From Chrysomallon squamiferum (taxonomy: Eukaryota; Animalia; Mollusca), in assembly GCA_012295275.1 (NCBI GenBank), contig CM022665.1, forward strand, positions 26,722,001 to 26,786,000: DNA of 64,000 nt. The letters are read 5' to 3'. This document shows, in pieces, positions 47,919-63,399 of this stretch (its first letter is position 1; every line of letters starts with the position of its first letter). The notes below the pieces were generated by a model that saw only the letters and a list, made by a program, of their open reading frames with translations, was not told the DNA's origin and searched no databases. The position numbers and the translations under genes are program-made.

Positions 47919-50900
47919 TTTCATTAAAAATAAAGAAAATCTAAATGGCTTTATTCAGAAGTAATATTTTAATAAGAAACAAATATGTATACATCATTTG
48001 CCAACAGATATATTCTGTTAATTCATGTAATTTACGAGAGTTTACCCAAGTAACATTAATGTACTTATGAACTTAAATATAACAGTGTTATTCAGAGCTG
48101 GTATTTAAGAATATCAAATATGTATTTACCTCCTACACCAAATTAGATTTTGGTAATTTACACTAATACAGGTATTTTTATTTACAAAAAAATGGAAAAC
48201 AACAACAACAACCAAAAAATAATAATAATAATAAAAAAAATAAAAATAAATAAATAAATAAATAAATAAAAACTAAACAGAATCTCAAATCTAATATTTA
48301 AAAATATAAAACATATTCATAATTTTCCAGAAGTTTACCCTAATGATTATACTAATGTTCTTAATTACCTTAAGATTAATATATAGACTGTTTGTACACA
48401 TAGATCACATTGAGCACAAGAAGAAGATAAAATAAGAAACTTTAAATTGTTTTAAATGTTCTTGCCTGTGGATATGAAATATATGTTGCTTATGCTTCAT
48501 TAAATAAAATGTGTTGAAATGTAACTTTGTAAGCATCTCAACATGACATCCAAACTTTAACAGATACTTCAACAGTTGATTCCTTGTTACCCGTGAATAT
48601 TTGTAAGGGTAAGTTAAAACAATTACATTAATAATGGTTATAAGCTCACTTAATTAAAGGCTTCCAACAGCATGTAGTAAAATTTGTTAATTTTCTTTTT
48701 TCTGTATTCTTGTATAAATAAAATGTTATATAAAAATAGAACTTGGATCACATTTACATACTAACCACACCACACCTGTGTAATAAAATTTCTTTACATT
48801 ATATAAAGCTTTGAATAGGCTAGCCATATATTGTAAATATTGCATCATAACTATTACAACACACTCATTCACCTGGCATACAAATAATATATAATAGAAT
48901 ATCATTTGAGCATAAAAACATATCTTTATTCGACATCACATTTCTTTGCAGTTGACATTCATTAACCATAAATTGGATTAACCAATAGAGAAGAATAATA
49001 AACACTCCTTGTTAAGTGAAATAATATGGTAATAAAAACACCATGCAGAGATTTAAATGATAAAAATGCATTCATTCACACTATCTTTTCACACCATGGG
49101 TAATAGAACATCATAAAATATAATATAACAAAGCGATGGATCATAGTTGACATTTATAAATTATTCTGTAGAAAGATTACTATCCCTTAAGTTATTACCT
49201 AGCATTAAAGTCAGGAATATTATTTTCTTAAGTTTTATTTTGTTGTTGTTGTTTATTTATTTTTATTTTTTTTTTAAAACCCACTAAAACATGTTATTTG
49301 AATGGAATGTTAAAATTGTTGGAATAGTAATCGTAAACTTCATTCATTAATAAAGTATAAAATAATAAATTTATAAAATCTGAAATTTTTATTTATCATG
49401 TATATTTTGCTTATCTGATCATTCCCTTTCTTCCCCCTTAGAAAGATGTAGATGTTTCATGATAAAAAAATTGCTTAAACAATATACTTTACTCTGTTTA
49501 AAATGTTATCTCCAGCACAGAGGTTTCTTAGTACTAACATTTTTCCGAATTGATGCCTTTCTCCTCCTGCTACATCATAATTATATGATATGTAACAATT
49601 GATCCTCCTCATAAGGATATTGACTTTATGGATATATTCCTTTTAAAAAAAAATATATATATATATTGTTTACAACCCATCTTTCTTTTTCACTCATGCA
49701 TGTACATACTTACAATTTTAACATAATTAAATGTTTTAATGACTTACAAGTAAGTGACTTGAATGTAAAAAAAAAAAAAAGAAAGAACAAAAATTCCAAA
49801 TACAGAAGAAATATGTTTCTTTTAGCAGCATATATCTTGTTATTATTCATCAGTGCTTGTTAATTGTTTTAAATTATTTTTTCTATAATTATTTTGTGTA
49901 ACAAAAATAATTATTAGCATTTGAATATTGTGAATGAAGATAAAATATATAAGTGTACAAAATTATTTCAAAATTCATAAACAGAAAAATATGAATAAAC
50001 ATCACATACAATATTAATGATATGAACCTGGAAAGTAAATGAGGAACTGAAATGAAACCATTTCCTTAGTCCAGTTCATTTGTTCAGTTTATTGATGTTA
50101 AGAAATATGTTCAGGTTTTATGACCTGTTAATGATGTTAAACAGTATGTTTAGCTTGGAAGTGTAAGTTTTAAATTCCTGTACTAGTTAAAATAATGTTA
50201 CATTTTTTTTTTTTTTTTTTTTTTTAAAGAAAAAATATTCATATTAATTAGTTCTGACAGAAAATTAAAACCTTTTTAAATGAAAAAACAGAAGAAAATG
50301 AGATTTTAATTTTAAAAGAGTATTTTTTTCTGAAATTCAAAGAAGTAATTTGATAGTTTACAGCAAATCATACATGGTACACAACAATGACTAAAGCCTT
50401 GGATGAAACAGCAAAAAACCTGTAGATGATTGCTTTTTGTTGCCTAGCTCTACTAATAATAAGGCTTTTTTTTCTTTTCTTTTTTTTGTACTTTTATGTC
50501 CTTTCTTTGGTCCATGAACTTTAGCAACATTTGTCTCAGATGAGTGGTCACTATTCAGCCAATACGTGAGAGACTATATCAGTGGTTTCTGGTGACTGAC
50601 ACAGTTTCTAGACATAATGCTTGTTTACTACTCTGTTTTTTAACCTGTAAAATGATCAGTTATTTGTGTGTTTGCTGACCAGAACTGTGTTACCGAAATC
50701 TGTTTTAATAATACATTTCTTAATGTCTGAACACCTTTCAAGAGAAAAAAAATAATTTTGAGCTGGTTAACATTTTTTTTTTGTTTTTTAATTAAATATG
50801 ATTTCCATTAATGAAATAAAAATGCACAAAAGGAAATGTTCAAAAAGTTTTATAAAATGAAGTTTTGATAATAGATCTATTCAGATATGCACTGAAAACA

Positions 50901-53900
50901 ATAAATCAGCTGTTCCCAGTATCACTGACAGCTTGGATTTTATTTTGAAATGCTTACAAAGTCACATTTCAACATTAATGAAGTATTAACAGTTGGCACT
51001 ATTTGTTGGTTTATTTATCTCATATATATATGATACAAGATGTAAATGTTTATCAGGTAGTACAGAACTTAATTTTAATTAAAGAGTAATTTTATTATTA
51101 AAATTGAATTGTCCTCTTTACCCCTTCTTAAGGCTTTCTTTATTATAAATCATTTCTTAATAATTAAAAATACATGTAATTGAGATTTTCCATTTTGGAT
51201 TTGAAATTACTTTTAAGATAAGACAAATCAGTGTAATTAACAAACATGTTTTAAAGAAAATGCCTTAGAATTATTTTAGTGAACCTATAAATCACTATGG
51301 TAAAATTCACTTAGTATATAAACACACAAAGCCTTGAAGAAGTCCTTATTTTATATGTCACAGAACTCCTTTCTTATTTAAGAACTGTGACAAGGATCCT
51401 TACACATCTAATTCTATCAAATATGCTGGAAACTGGAAGCCATATCACTTATATAGAACTGAAATTGCTAAAGGACTTAGATTTTCACAGTCAAGTGTAT
51501 GTTGAAAGAAATATTATCTGCCATTAACACTTATTTATTTATTTGTTTGTTTGTTTTTATTATTAAACAGTTTATGATTATAGAGCATCTGATGCAGTTA
51601 ATAATTAAAATTAATTAAAAATGCTAGAGAAGGGTATTTTTGATTAAAAAAGGAAAAAAAAAAAGAAGAAACACAATGGTTTCCTTTATAGCTTATTGTC
51701 CTAACCCTTTTACTCTTTCTGAATTCTAATTCATGTTGGGGTTTTTTTTGTTGTTTTTCTAATGATTTTTTTCTCCACCCATAAGCCAGCAGAAAATTTG
51801 TTTTTATTAGAGATTTATTTTGTTTTGGAATAAACACACAAAAGAATATATATCAATATTATTGATTCACTGTTTTCTTATTATATATAGTTGTAAGATA
51901 AATAAAATAACTGATTAATTTCATTGTTTTTAGGTTGAATATATTTATCTTGCTCCAGTAAACAGTAACAAAACAGTTCTTATGTATCCCCCTTATGATC
52001 TTCATATATTGTTTCTTTTTTTTTTCTCATTTATTTCCACTAAAAAGTAGGCTAATTACTGCATACATTACCAGAGCTCTTTATTCTTAGTTACCTGTTT
52101 ATTTACAAATACAATTTCTCTAAACAGTTTCTCTAAATTAACCACAAACATATTTTTATACTTCTAAGCAGTGTTTGTATAATCCAGAAAAAGATAATTT
52201 AAAAAAAAGAAAAATGTTTCCTAATGTAAAAAATAGCTATTATTGGTAGTCTGAAAATGCTTTTGTATTTATAATGACAATCTGACATAACTGATAATCA
52301 TCAGGTTGTTGTTCTTAAACGTATTGACGTCATTTTAACATGACTGCATGCTATAATGATATTAAATACACTGAATATCAGTTGTTGTTCAGTGTCTCAG
52401 GTAACACAAAAGTAGACCTGGCTAATCTAAATGAAGTACTGTTGTAGGGGACACTTTTTATAATAACTGGCCTTAACTGATATTGTGTATGTATGGTCAT
52501 GTCTAATTGTGAAGACCGCCCAGGGGATGTCAATAGGCTTAACCTTTTAATAGAAGTAGTATTGTTTTTGTTGGAAAAAAAATATTGCTTATATCTTAAA
52601 CAATAACTGCCCTGAATATATTTGATTATATTCTTTATAACGTGTTGAGTAGTATTTTCTCAAATATTACAAGTTTAAGACTTCTTACATTATATAACTT
52701 TTTTCATTTAAATCTCTCTTAATATATTACATTCTTATAATGACTGTAATGGTTGTAGATAATAATTAAAATTAAAAAACCAAAAACTATTAGGAATTGT
52801 TTAGACAGTTTGATGCTTTAAACAAAATGAGTGATTATAAAAACTTGTTACTGGGCACGCGCTCACACACACACACTGGAGTAGATCAGTTTTATTTATT
52901 TTTAATATAGCACATGGTTAGTCAGAATAAAGTACAACTCATGATAGTTTGACAACATTTTAGGATTATCCAAACAGCTTAAAAATCAGATCAGAAGTTT
53001 TTGTAACCTGACAGAAAAACAGATTCAAAATGTTTTCAGTAAAAAACAGATTAATTTGTAAATGGTGCGGTCAGTTCCACATTTCTTATTTACTTGTACT
53101 TTAGTGTTGAAAACATGAGACTGATACTAATGTCTTCAGTGTATCAAATCAAACTGATATCCGGTAATTCGAAAAACTCCATTAACTAATTATTTAAAGT
53201 ATGTATGTGGACAAATGGTAAATTAATGTGTTTTAACTAAGGTATTGATTTGAACACTGACAATTATTCTAAACTTTTTATTTTTGTTTTAATCAGGGAT
53301 TTAGTGCAGAAGTAAACCAGATGGAATATGTCAGTGGGCCAACAATCTTGAATGACCTCCTTCACCTGTATCAAACCTAAAACTTTCCGTGATTAGGATA
53401 TTATGTAGCAAGATTTCTCTGATATATTACTTACATATTCCAGAATTTGGCTCTACTATTGAAAGGCTTAAGCTAATATACTGTTATAATTAATGTTTAA
53501 AATTCTTATCCTCAATGATAGTGAATAACTCCTGTTACAAATAAATATTAGTGTCAAAATATACATCAACATTATAGATATATTTATTTGTTTATTTTTT
53601 AATAAAAGTTAATATTGTTTAATGCAAATGTTAAATTATATAAAAATAAACTTTATCTTCCTTTTAGTTTGAAGGTTTAATAATGTAAGTTATTCTTTCA
53701 TGTAAATATTTGTCTTTTTCTTCATCAGTTCATTTAGCAAAACAATTTTGTGAATAATGTATAATATACACAGTATTTAATATTATACACTGACTTCTAA
53801 CCATTTTATCAGTGAGATTACAAAGAAATGCATACTTTTATGTAGTAATTATAATGCAGTTTATAAACTAACTATTTTTGACTCATTTCAAAAATGACCA

Positions 53901-54178
53901 AGGGAAAATATGTTGGGTAAACCATAAACACAAAAATGGTGATTGTTGGCATACCGATATACATACAGATCATAGATGGATTAAATATTCTAGTACTGAC
54001 AAAGTATTCTTACTCATTTTATAGTTGATTTTCTCTTTTTTATTTTTTTATTTATTATTATTTTTTTTTTTTGTCTCATTATGCATAAAATATATTTTTA
54101 AATTAAAATATTGGTTTTATATGAAATTCATGAATGATTTCAATTTAAATAATTTTTTTTTTTTTTGTAAGTAAAACA

Positions 54179-54216
<38 letters not shown>

Positions 54217-54302
54217 CCAAAACAAACAAAAAATCAAAAGAAATAAAATGTATTTAAAAATAAAAATCTTAATGTGATACATTTGCTCAGCACAGAACAT
54301 AT

Positions 54303-55325
54303 ATAGCTTCAAAAGAAATTGTTTTTAAAAATATAATTAGAAAATAGGGAACCAGCTTTATTAATGTTTATCTTCATGTTATCTTAGGATCTGAAATAGA
54401 CATGAAAAAATATTGTGTTGTTTGAAAAAGAAAACAAAAAAGAAAAAGTTTTAAAAAATGTAATTACAAAATACTAGAGGTAGCCAACTTTGAAAAAAAA
54501 GTAAAAATTTATTAATATATTTATCTTCATTACATCTTTGGATTTGAAACAGGTATGAAAAAAAGTGATAATATTGTATAGTTTAAGTTATATTATTTAA
54601 AAAAAAAAAATGTAATTAGAAGATATTTGAGAGAATCAGTTTAAAATACATAATAATGTATTTATCCTCATAGCATTTGAAAAAAGTGATAAAATTATTT
54701 AGTTTCAAAATAAATTATTTTATTTATAATAATAATAATAATAATAATAAAAAACTTGAGAGAACCAACTTTAAAAACATAAAAAGAAAGAAAAAATTAT
54801 ATGGTTATCATCATGATGTCTTAGAATTTGATATAGGTATTAAAAGGAAAGAAATAGATAACATGTTGTTTCAAAATAAATTATTTAAAAATTACCTGCA
54901 AAAAGCAATTAATTTTTTTTTAAAAATACAATTTATGAATGTATTTATCTTCATAATATCTTAGGATGTGAAAACTGTATTAAAAAAGGTGATAACATAG
55001 ATTTCCACCCCCCCCCCCACAAAAAAAAAATCTAATTAGAAAGTATTTGAAAGAATCAACTTAATTAAAAGCAAGCAAATAAAAAAAAAAAAAATGTTTA
55101 TATTTGTGTTGCCTTATGTTCTGAAATAGGTATGAAAAAATGATAACAAATTATGTGGTTTCAAAAATAAATAAACAAATTTATTTATATGTTTATTTTC
55201 ATGATGTCTAAGGATCTGATATGGGCATGAAAAAGTAATAACAGATAGTTTCAAAATAAATTGTTTTTTGAAAATCTAATTAGAAAATATTTGAGAGAAT
55301 CAACTTTATATATAAATACATTTAT
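54303..55325. repeat. Old diverged tandem array, about 6-7 copies of a 130-200-bp unit
   Basis: Recurring blocks tatcttcat...ttaggatctgaaatag.tatgaaaaaa.gtgataaca and taattagaaaatatttgagagaatcaacttt. Confidence 0.75.
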
Positions 55326-56161
55326 CTCAGTAAAGTCTTATTAAACTGTTATGAGAGGGAAAATATGGTAAATTAAATTTCAGAATATTTTGAGATAAGA
55401 ATATAAAACATTTTTACTAATGTGGTTTTCAGAATAACAGAAAAAACAAAAACAAGTACAAACATTAGTAGAAAATATGTTATCAGGCAGCATAATGCAA
55501 GTTATTACAGGAAGTCTGGACTGTTTATCAAACATCAGTGGCATGAATCCCGAGTGAAGCTTTTTCCAGCTATGGAGATTAGCTGATCTTGTGTGCATGT
55601 GTTGATGTAAGATATTAACAATGTAAATTTTCTCTTTGAAAGAAAAGCCCTACTTTACAGTGGTACTTTCTGTCTATTTTAAATTTTCAGAAAGAATTAA
55701 TTTTGTTTTTAAAAAAATAGAAAAAGGGGAGGGTGTGAATGTGGTTACAATCATGCTATGTAATGCACAGATAATTATAGTGATTAGATAGCTTATGGCT
55801 CATATCAGTTAAACAAAAATACATTGAATACAAGTTCAGTGACATCAAGATTAAAACAGTAAAATGAAATCTCAATTTTTTTTTTTAGAAACCAGGTTAT
55901 TTAACAGTGGTATTGAATTTTTTCTTATTTTTTATTAGTAATACATTATCTCTGCATTAACAACATTTATGAAAATAACATTTGATGTTTACAATACTGC
56001 TTGAGATAATTTCATAATAATCAAATTGTTTATGAAATTTGAAAGTAAAGATATGACATAATAACACCATAGGTAATATATGAATGAATGTCTTACACCT
56101 TGAGTCACCATCTTTTCTGGAACACATTATTTTTATTACATTTTTGTTGTTTTGTTTTCAG

Positions 56162-56361
56162 AAACAGTGACAAACGGAAGGAAAAGTCCCGTGATGCTGC
56201 ACGCTGTCGAAGGAGTAAAGAATCGGAAGTCTTTTATGAGCTGGCTCATAACCTTCCCCTTCCAGTTGGTATCTGCAGCCAACTGGACAAGGCGTCCATC
56301 ATGAGACTGTCCATCAGCTACCTGAAGCTGAACCAGATACTGGATAAAGATGGATATAGAG
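56162..56361 (+). CDS. HIF1A: Hypoxia-inducible factor alpha (HIF1A/EPAS1/sima family) exon 2, bHLH domain; gene continues beyond the window
   Basis: Long pyrimidine tract plus ttttcag acceptor; [34 protein letters not shown]....[18 protein letters not shown]; donor G|gtacac. The [10 protein letters not shown] and DKASIMRL residues favour HIF-alpha over SIM or trachealess/NPAS. Confidence 0.95.
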
Positions 56362-58459
56362 GTACACTTTAGTTTGATTTTTATACATTTGTTGTTTTGC
56401 AAACAAATACCAAAAAGAATCAGTTGCTGAAATGTTAAATCTAAAGGTATTTTGATTAATATAAAACAGCATGTCCATATTCTCTGACCAACAAGAATTC
56501 CTTACAAATTTTAATCCATTTATGAATATTCAGGAAATTACTTGCAGATATTTTCAAAATAAACTCTTGAATTCTCTGAATAACATATAAAAGTCTTACC
56601 AGGATGTTGTCCCTGATTTTTTATAATTTTATGGTACAAAGCTTCTGTTTAGTTCTGTAATCTTGTGCTATTTAATAAAATAGTAAAAATTAATCTAAAT
56701 ATTTCATTTAACAAATATTTCAAGAAGATAAAAACTACATCATTTTTGGGCCATTAAGCTTATAGTTAATCCAACATTAAGTATAAAAAAGAACCTATTC
56801 TAAGTGTTCCTTCATCTGATGAAAATGTTTGAATCACATAAACATACATTTACATTTTATGTTACAAAAAGGTCAAGGATGGATGGATTTACTTGTATAT
56901 GCTTCTTTGATTTTTATAACTGCATAAAAATATGTTTTCAAAGGTATGAAATTGAGGTAGTTATATAGACAACTGTGATTTATAGTCTGTTTGGGAGTCA
57001 AAAAATAGAAATCACCATAGGGATCTGATAGGGTGAGTTTTAAGTTACCATGGTGTCATGTTTTTATTATTTCTGGTATTATTATACATAAAGTAAGTAC
57101 TTGATGCTGCCACTTCACAGATGGTTAAGGACATAAAAATGTACCTGTAAAACCTACATGATTCTTTAGGGTTATTTCAGTTGGAAGTTTTGAAATTTTA
57201 AAATGAACTTAATTTGACATTTAATCACTTGTTTAAAACAAAACATGAAAGAAAATACCATATCAAAGACAAAATGTTGTATAACATAAAATAACTTACT
57301 TATAAATATACCATTTCTTTTTCACTGTTTTAATCTAGAGAGTAGTGTACATAATCAAATTTAGTGAAGAGAAGTTGAAATTAAATTAATTTTTTTCAGT
57401 ACATAGTGTTCAAAATACTTATTGTTTTTGTCATTTAATTAGAAAAAAATAAATTGGACAAGTTTTGAAATTTTTGTTTGGTGCAAATATGTATGTCAGG
57501 CAATGAACTTGGTGGATTAGGTATGTTTGCATGTTTGGTGTGATAAAACTCCAGACTGTCTGATAGGTAGATAATAAAGATCTCCCAAGTATACTTGCAT
57601 GTCAGATAAGCATTGAACTTAGATAATCTCTCCAAGTTAGCTATTGTGCCAAATTCACTTAACAAGATGTAAATAGAAAAAACCCAAAAAACAAACTTCA
57701 GTAAACTACAATAAATACATAACAGGGATTTAGTGTTAAACAAAATTCTTCATAATTATCTTTAAAGAAATTAAATATGTTTTATTTATTTTGTGTAACT
57801 GGTTGTTGCAGAACACAACTTTGGATTTGTAATAGTTCATACAGTTTGCAAGACAAAAAATTTTACATCCAAATTTAACTAACAATCTCTCATTTCCAGA
57901 ATGATAAGAAACTTAGAATAATTTTTATTATTATTATTTTTTTTTTTTCTATCTCTGTATTGTTAGTTACAAAAAACATTTATTTCAAAAATGCTAAATG
58001 GCAAGGAGTATCATTATTTTCATATTTATGGCTTGATAAGGTTAAGTATTCCTTCTAAAGACACTCCAGGCAGTCACATAATTATCTCTGTGAAAACAAA
58101 ATGATGACCTAAGTGTGCTTTTTCATTATAACCCCCCCACTAAAAAAAAAAACCCAAACATGTTTTGTTATTTATTATTACTATCAATTTCATTGATATT
58201 TTTAAAGTAATAAAGTTGAGGACTTGGATCATATGGTGTCTGAAATAATCTGTGTTTGTCTGAAACCCATTTAGACTTGTACCAGACAAATTGTTCTTTT
58301 CTCAGACAGGCATCACTTAAACATTGAAGTATTTACACTCATGGTTGAAGTACTAAACTAACTTGACTCTGCAGTGTTGCAAAAACATGTACAATATGTG
58401 TGAGACTGTTTAAAGTCATTATGCTCAAGAAGAAAACTACTCTCATGAATTTGTGAAAA

Positions 58460-58499
<40 letters not shown>

Positions 58500-58948
58500 G
58501 CTCAGCAGTTTTGTGGATTCTTTTAAAATAGGACAGGTTGCGGTGTAATATTTGTATAGTCATATTTTTTCTTTTCTTTCTCTTTTTAAAAGTATAGAAT
58601 GAGATAACTGATAAAAACATATATCAGCTTGCTATCTAGATGAGTGTTCTTATTGCTTGTTATTCTCTAGTTGTTCTTCTTCGTTGGGTAACTTTACAAG
58701 ATCAAAAACCTTTAATTCTAGAGCTTTCCTTAGGTCAGGACGGTTACCCAATGATTATGAGATTTAAGTTAGATAGGTTTGATAATTTGTGTGATGCAGC
58801 TAAATTACAGACACGCATGACAGCTTGTATTAACATTATTTGGGCTATTCAATATCTTCTTCATGTTTTTATCAGATCATGTGATTGTATTATTTTCTTG
58901 TTTTGCATGGTTATGTATATCACATACTACATATATTAGGAGTCAGTT

Positions 58949-58951
<3 letters not shown>

Positions 58952-58990
<39 letters not shown>

Positions 58991-59033
58991 GTGTGTGTGT
59001 GTCTGTGTGTGTGTGTCTATTTGTGTGTGTGTG
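58952..59033. repeat. (GT)n microsatellite
   Basis: Direct inspection. Confidence 0.95.
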
Positions 59034-59951
59034 TTACTTGCACTTTTTAAAAATATATATTTCTTAAAACCTTTTTCTTTTTCTTAAATCTTCATATTAA
59101 CCTTAGTAGATCTTTTACTGTGTACATGAAGAATCATTAACATATATAGGTTAATGATTTTTTAATGAAAGTATTGATAATTATCATTCTGTTTTTCTGC
59201 CATTTCCAAAAAAGAACAAAACAAACAAATAAAAACAACAACCAAAAAACCCTAGAAAAGACAAAATAAACTATAGAACTGACATATGTAAATAGAATAC
59301 AATTTTTCCTATTAACATGTTCACTATTTAATGGATATTTTTTTTCTTTCTTTAGATGTCATGTCTCTCAGTTTTAGATTTCTAATGGTTGATTAATAAA
59401 GTAATTGTTTTATGACCATTATTTGAATTAGTTTAACGTCTTTTTTTCTGTAAGGATGATCATGAACTACTTTGACTCTGAAACTGATACAGGTTTTAAA
59501 AAACAACAACCAAAAAAACCAACAAAAAACAGCTATTTCAGGAACTAATGTAATATAGAACACCTGCATTGCAACATAATGCCAGTTACTTAACAATCTG
59601 AAAGAACAGTACCCTAAATTAAGCTATGTGTATTGTGATAGAACAGCAACAATTTGTTGGTTTCTTCACAATTTGTTCTTCTTTTTATCAAAGTGACACT
59701 AACATATAATTGTATCAATCTGTAATCCCGTATGTATCAGTTTAGGGTGTATCCTGAAAGCAGCAGAATCATTTACACAAACAAAAATACTCTGACACAC
59801 ATGAAACTGCTAAGAATTTTTGTTGTTGTTGTTGTTATTTTGGGTTTGTTTGTTGCCTTTTGTTGTTATTTTTTTATGTTTTAAAGTTACCTAAATTGTT
59901 TGTTGTTCTTTTTATATTTATGCCATTATAAACCAGAATGAGAACAATGCA

Positions 59952-59996
<45 letters not shown>

Positions 59997-60422
59997 ATAA
60001 AGTACATCCATGACACCATATAATAATTATTCATTTGTTCATTTAAATCTGTTAAATGGACAGTGTTGTAATGCACAGGCATGTGGGCAGTTTCAGCATT
60101 CTCCTGTAGCGAGGGTAATAAAAGGTTTGTTGTTTAAAATACTTTCATCATAGGGTGTTTTGTACGATAAAATTTCATAATGGAAGATTTCAATAAATAA
60201 ACTCATAATGCAGTTCATAAACAAAGAACAAAGAAAAAGAAAATTTAAGTAATTAATAGCAATAATTAGTTAAAATTTTAATTTTAAACATCAGAAAATG
60301 AATGCACATAGTTTTGAAAAAGCAGTACTAGTATGTAACAAATTATATTTAATTTGAAACTCATCTTCATACTTGTAGATTTCCCAAATCTGTGTAAGTT
60401 ATTTGTTATAAAAAAAAAAAAA

Positions 60423-60453
<31 letters not shown>

Positions 60454-60970
60454 GAAGAAGAAAAATGGTTTTAAGGATCAAACAATAGATTTCAATGTGC
60501 TGACTCATGTTTACTTCATTTTCTGACATTGTGATGGTCTGGTGATTTTCTAATACATTATTGGTTATGACACATAATAACAGCCTTAGAAGCACAGATA
60601 TTTCTCAAGAGAGTGAGAGAGAGAAAAAAAATCCCTCCATATTGTATCTTGGGAACGTTTCAGGTATCAGATATCCATAGCCTTACCCTTAAAACAGTCT
60701 TAACAAGATCCGTGAACTTAATGTAACAGGATGAAAAGGAAATGTTTTTGCTAAACCAGTGGGTTAGTAATCAGTGTTATGCTAATTGCGTCACAGACTT
60801 AATACTTCCCAGCTTGAAAATAAATGTTCATGCACTGTACAAGTCTATAACTGGCATTTCTCACAGTCTGGTTATCCTAGTAAACACAATTTTCATCTTT
60901 CAAAATGTAAATTACGTCACAATTAAAATAAAATAATTTTGAAGCTTCTAGTTATTACAGAGATTATAGA

Positions 60971-61020
60971 GCAGCAGCAGCAGCAACAACAACAACAACA
61001 AAACAACAACAACAACAACA
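60971..61020. repeat. (CAG)n(CAA)n microsatellite, intronic
   Basis: Direct inspection; no flanking splice signals or long frame. Confidence 0.85.
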
Positions 61021-61249
61021 GCTGAATATTCATGTCTTGAAAAACGAAATTTAATAAATACACAACTGAAATCAGCACTATAAACTGATGCTAAATAAAG
61101 TAATAATTCACAATAAATCATCTGAAGATTAATATGGGATGATGTTACTAGAAACCACTAAATTAACTGTTTTTGCCATATATTTTTGACAGCTTCACTG
61201 TTTATTTTTTGTTTTCATTTTGATTTTGATCGATTGATTTATTTATTAG

Positions 61250-61300
<51 letters not shown>

Positions 61301-62077
61301 ATTTATATTTTAAAATACTTCGTTTACTGGATATTATTTATTCTTGATTCCATCTTTATCCATTTTCTTCTTTTTACAAATCATCATCATCATTGTGAAA
61401 AGAAGTAAAAATATCTTCTTTAATCCAATTTTGACCCAAATTTTCCTAATTTCACATGAAGATGTACATCCTGTTGGATGCGTTTTAGTCTAGATAATGG
61501 GTACAAAAATATGCCTTCAGTCTTTATGACAACTAATTATAGTTTACCTACACTGTTTAGAATTGTTGTTGCCATGGTTATTTGAGGTAATTGTTTCCTG
61601 GATAAATTGATGTCTGGCCAACCTAACTGCTGGTGACGCCCCTGATAGTTGTTAGGTACACATATAACAGTGGAAAAATAGAGACCATTGTGATCAGTAC
61701 ATGGACTATAATAACTTTATTATTTTTATCACTTATATCAAATGATGGTTTTTTCTAGTCATATAATTTTATATCTGTTTCAATTTATTTAGCCTTCAGC
61801 ACTGTAAATTTTATATCTGAGCTGGTCTGAAGTAATTATACATTAATATTTTTACAAATGTTTTTAATATTTATGTTAGTGTTTAGACAGTTTATTATCT
61901 TCTGTACCAGTTATGTAATTTTTATACTAGTTTTTGATTAATTTGTTACTAAGAATTGTTTAAAAAATTTAGTATCTTGTCTGGATTAATAACATTTTTT
62001 ATTTCTGATATTAGACAATGATTTTAGCCATATTTTTATTCATTAAAAGATCGCAATAATCACCATTTTGTCGTATT

Positions 62078-62150
62078 TACCTTTGTTTGACACCTAATAG
62101 CCAATATTTTTTGTGGGGGGCTGGGGTGATGTTAAACATTCGTTCTTTCA
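62078..62150 (+). mobile_element. SINE 3' tail remnant
   Basis: tgtttgacacctaatagcc...gctggggtgatgttaaacattcgttc; a similar tail recurs at about 63410-63445. Confidence 0.5.
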
Positions 62151-63399
62151 TTAAAAGATTGTTTTTTGCAGCAGTTGTTTGGAATGATATTTGAACTTGC
62201 AATAACTATTATTTTTATCAATTATTTTGAAATGATGGGGTTTTGTCTATCTGGCTATGATGGTTTCCATCCCTGTTTTAATTAATTTGATGATTTGTAT
62301 GTGGATAGGCCTGATGTAGTTTTACAAAAGCAACTTTGTATTTTTGACAGTGGTGTGTATTTTCTGACAGCACAATTTCAGGATATGTGTTAATATGACA
62401 ATTACCTATGATGGCCTATCACTTACCAGAGGAAGTTATTACTACACAAAATGCCATTTTCTTGTACAAGATGATGAGAACATTTTACTTCACACAGTTA
62501 AAACAAGCTATGAAATGTGATTGCATAATGTTGTATTGTCTGGTAAACAAGTTAAACTGTATAATAGCTTTTTGTGTGTCTGTGTGTGTGTTTTTCTTTT
62601 TGGTTTTCTAAAATAACAAATTTGATTAGTTGTAATTAATATTAATAACAGTGGTTAAGTTTTAGCTTGAGAACTAAACCATCTTTCTTGTTGATTTTTG
62701 TTTACATTTACTGATGTAAACTGTGTCTGAGACTGCTGTAAATTAATTCAAATAATTATGTTGATAATTATTTAAAGATAAAAATAATAAAACTATTCAG
62801 ATCTTTTTTAAATCAGAATCAATCATTTACAGAGGTATTGGAATATGTTTAAATGTAGATGTTAAAGTTCATTTTATTTATTATTGTTATTAGTTTTGCA
62901 GTAAATGCATTTGAAGTAGTTGTTTGGAATGAAAATATTTTTGATGTGAGTTTGATGATCATGGATGGCTTCTGTAATGTCATATCTTTTCCTAGTAACA
63001 TATACATATGTGGTATATCACAAACACATATCATTTGAATACCTGATTTCCTGGGTGCTTTTTAAAATTTAAACAATAATATACTTGTTTTTGAACAATT
63101 TTATTAGTGTGAGTGTGTGTGTTATTGTGTGTGTAGATATGTAAGTATGTGTTTCATATATATATATATATATACATATACACACACACATTACATTTTC
63201 AGTTCAAAATAAATAGATATCTAACTTTTGCAATTATTTTGAAAGGTAACAACTGCTTCTTTGGATACCAGAACATAATTATATTAAAAAACAACAACAA
63301 TTTTATTTCTTAATTTTTCATTCAGACAACATTCTGGCAGTAAATACAAAAATCTTAGACTATAGACATGCTTCATCTGAGTAACAACAGATGATAAAG

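Noticed and set aside
56088-56161. ATG at 56088 as the HIF-alpha start
   Set aside because: This stretch is the pyrimidine tract of the acceptor; exon 30090-30112 supplies the conserved KEKRR N-terminus in the right phase.
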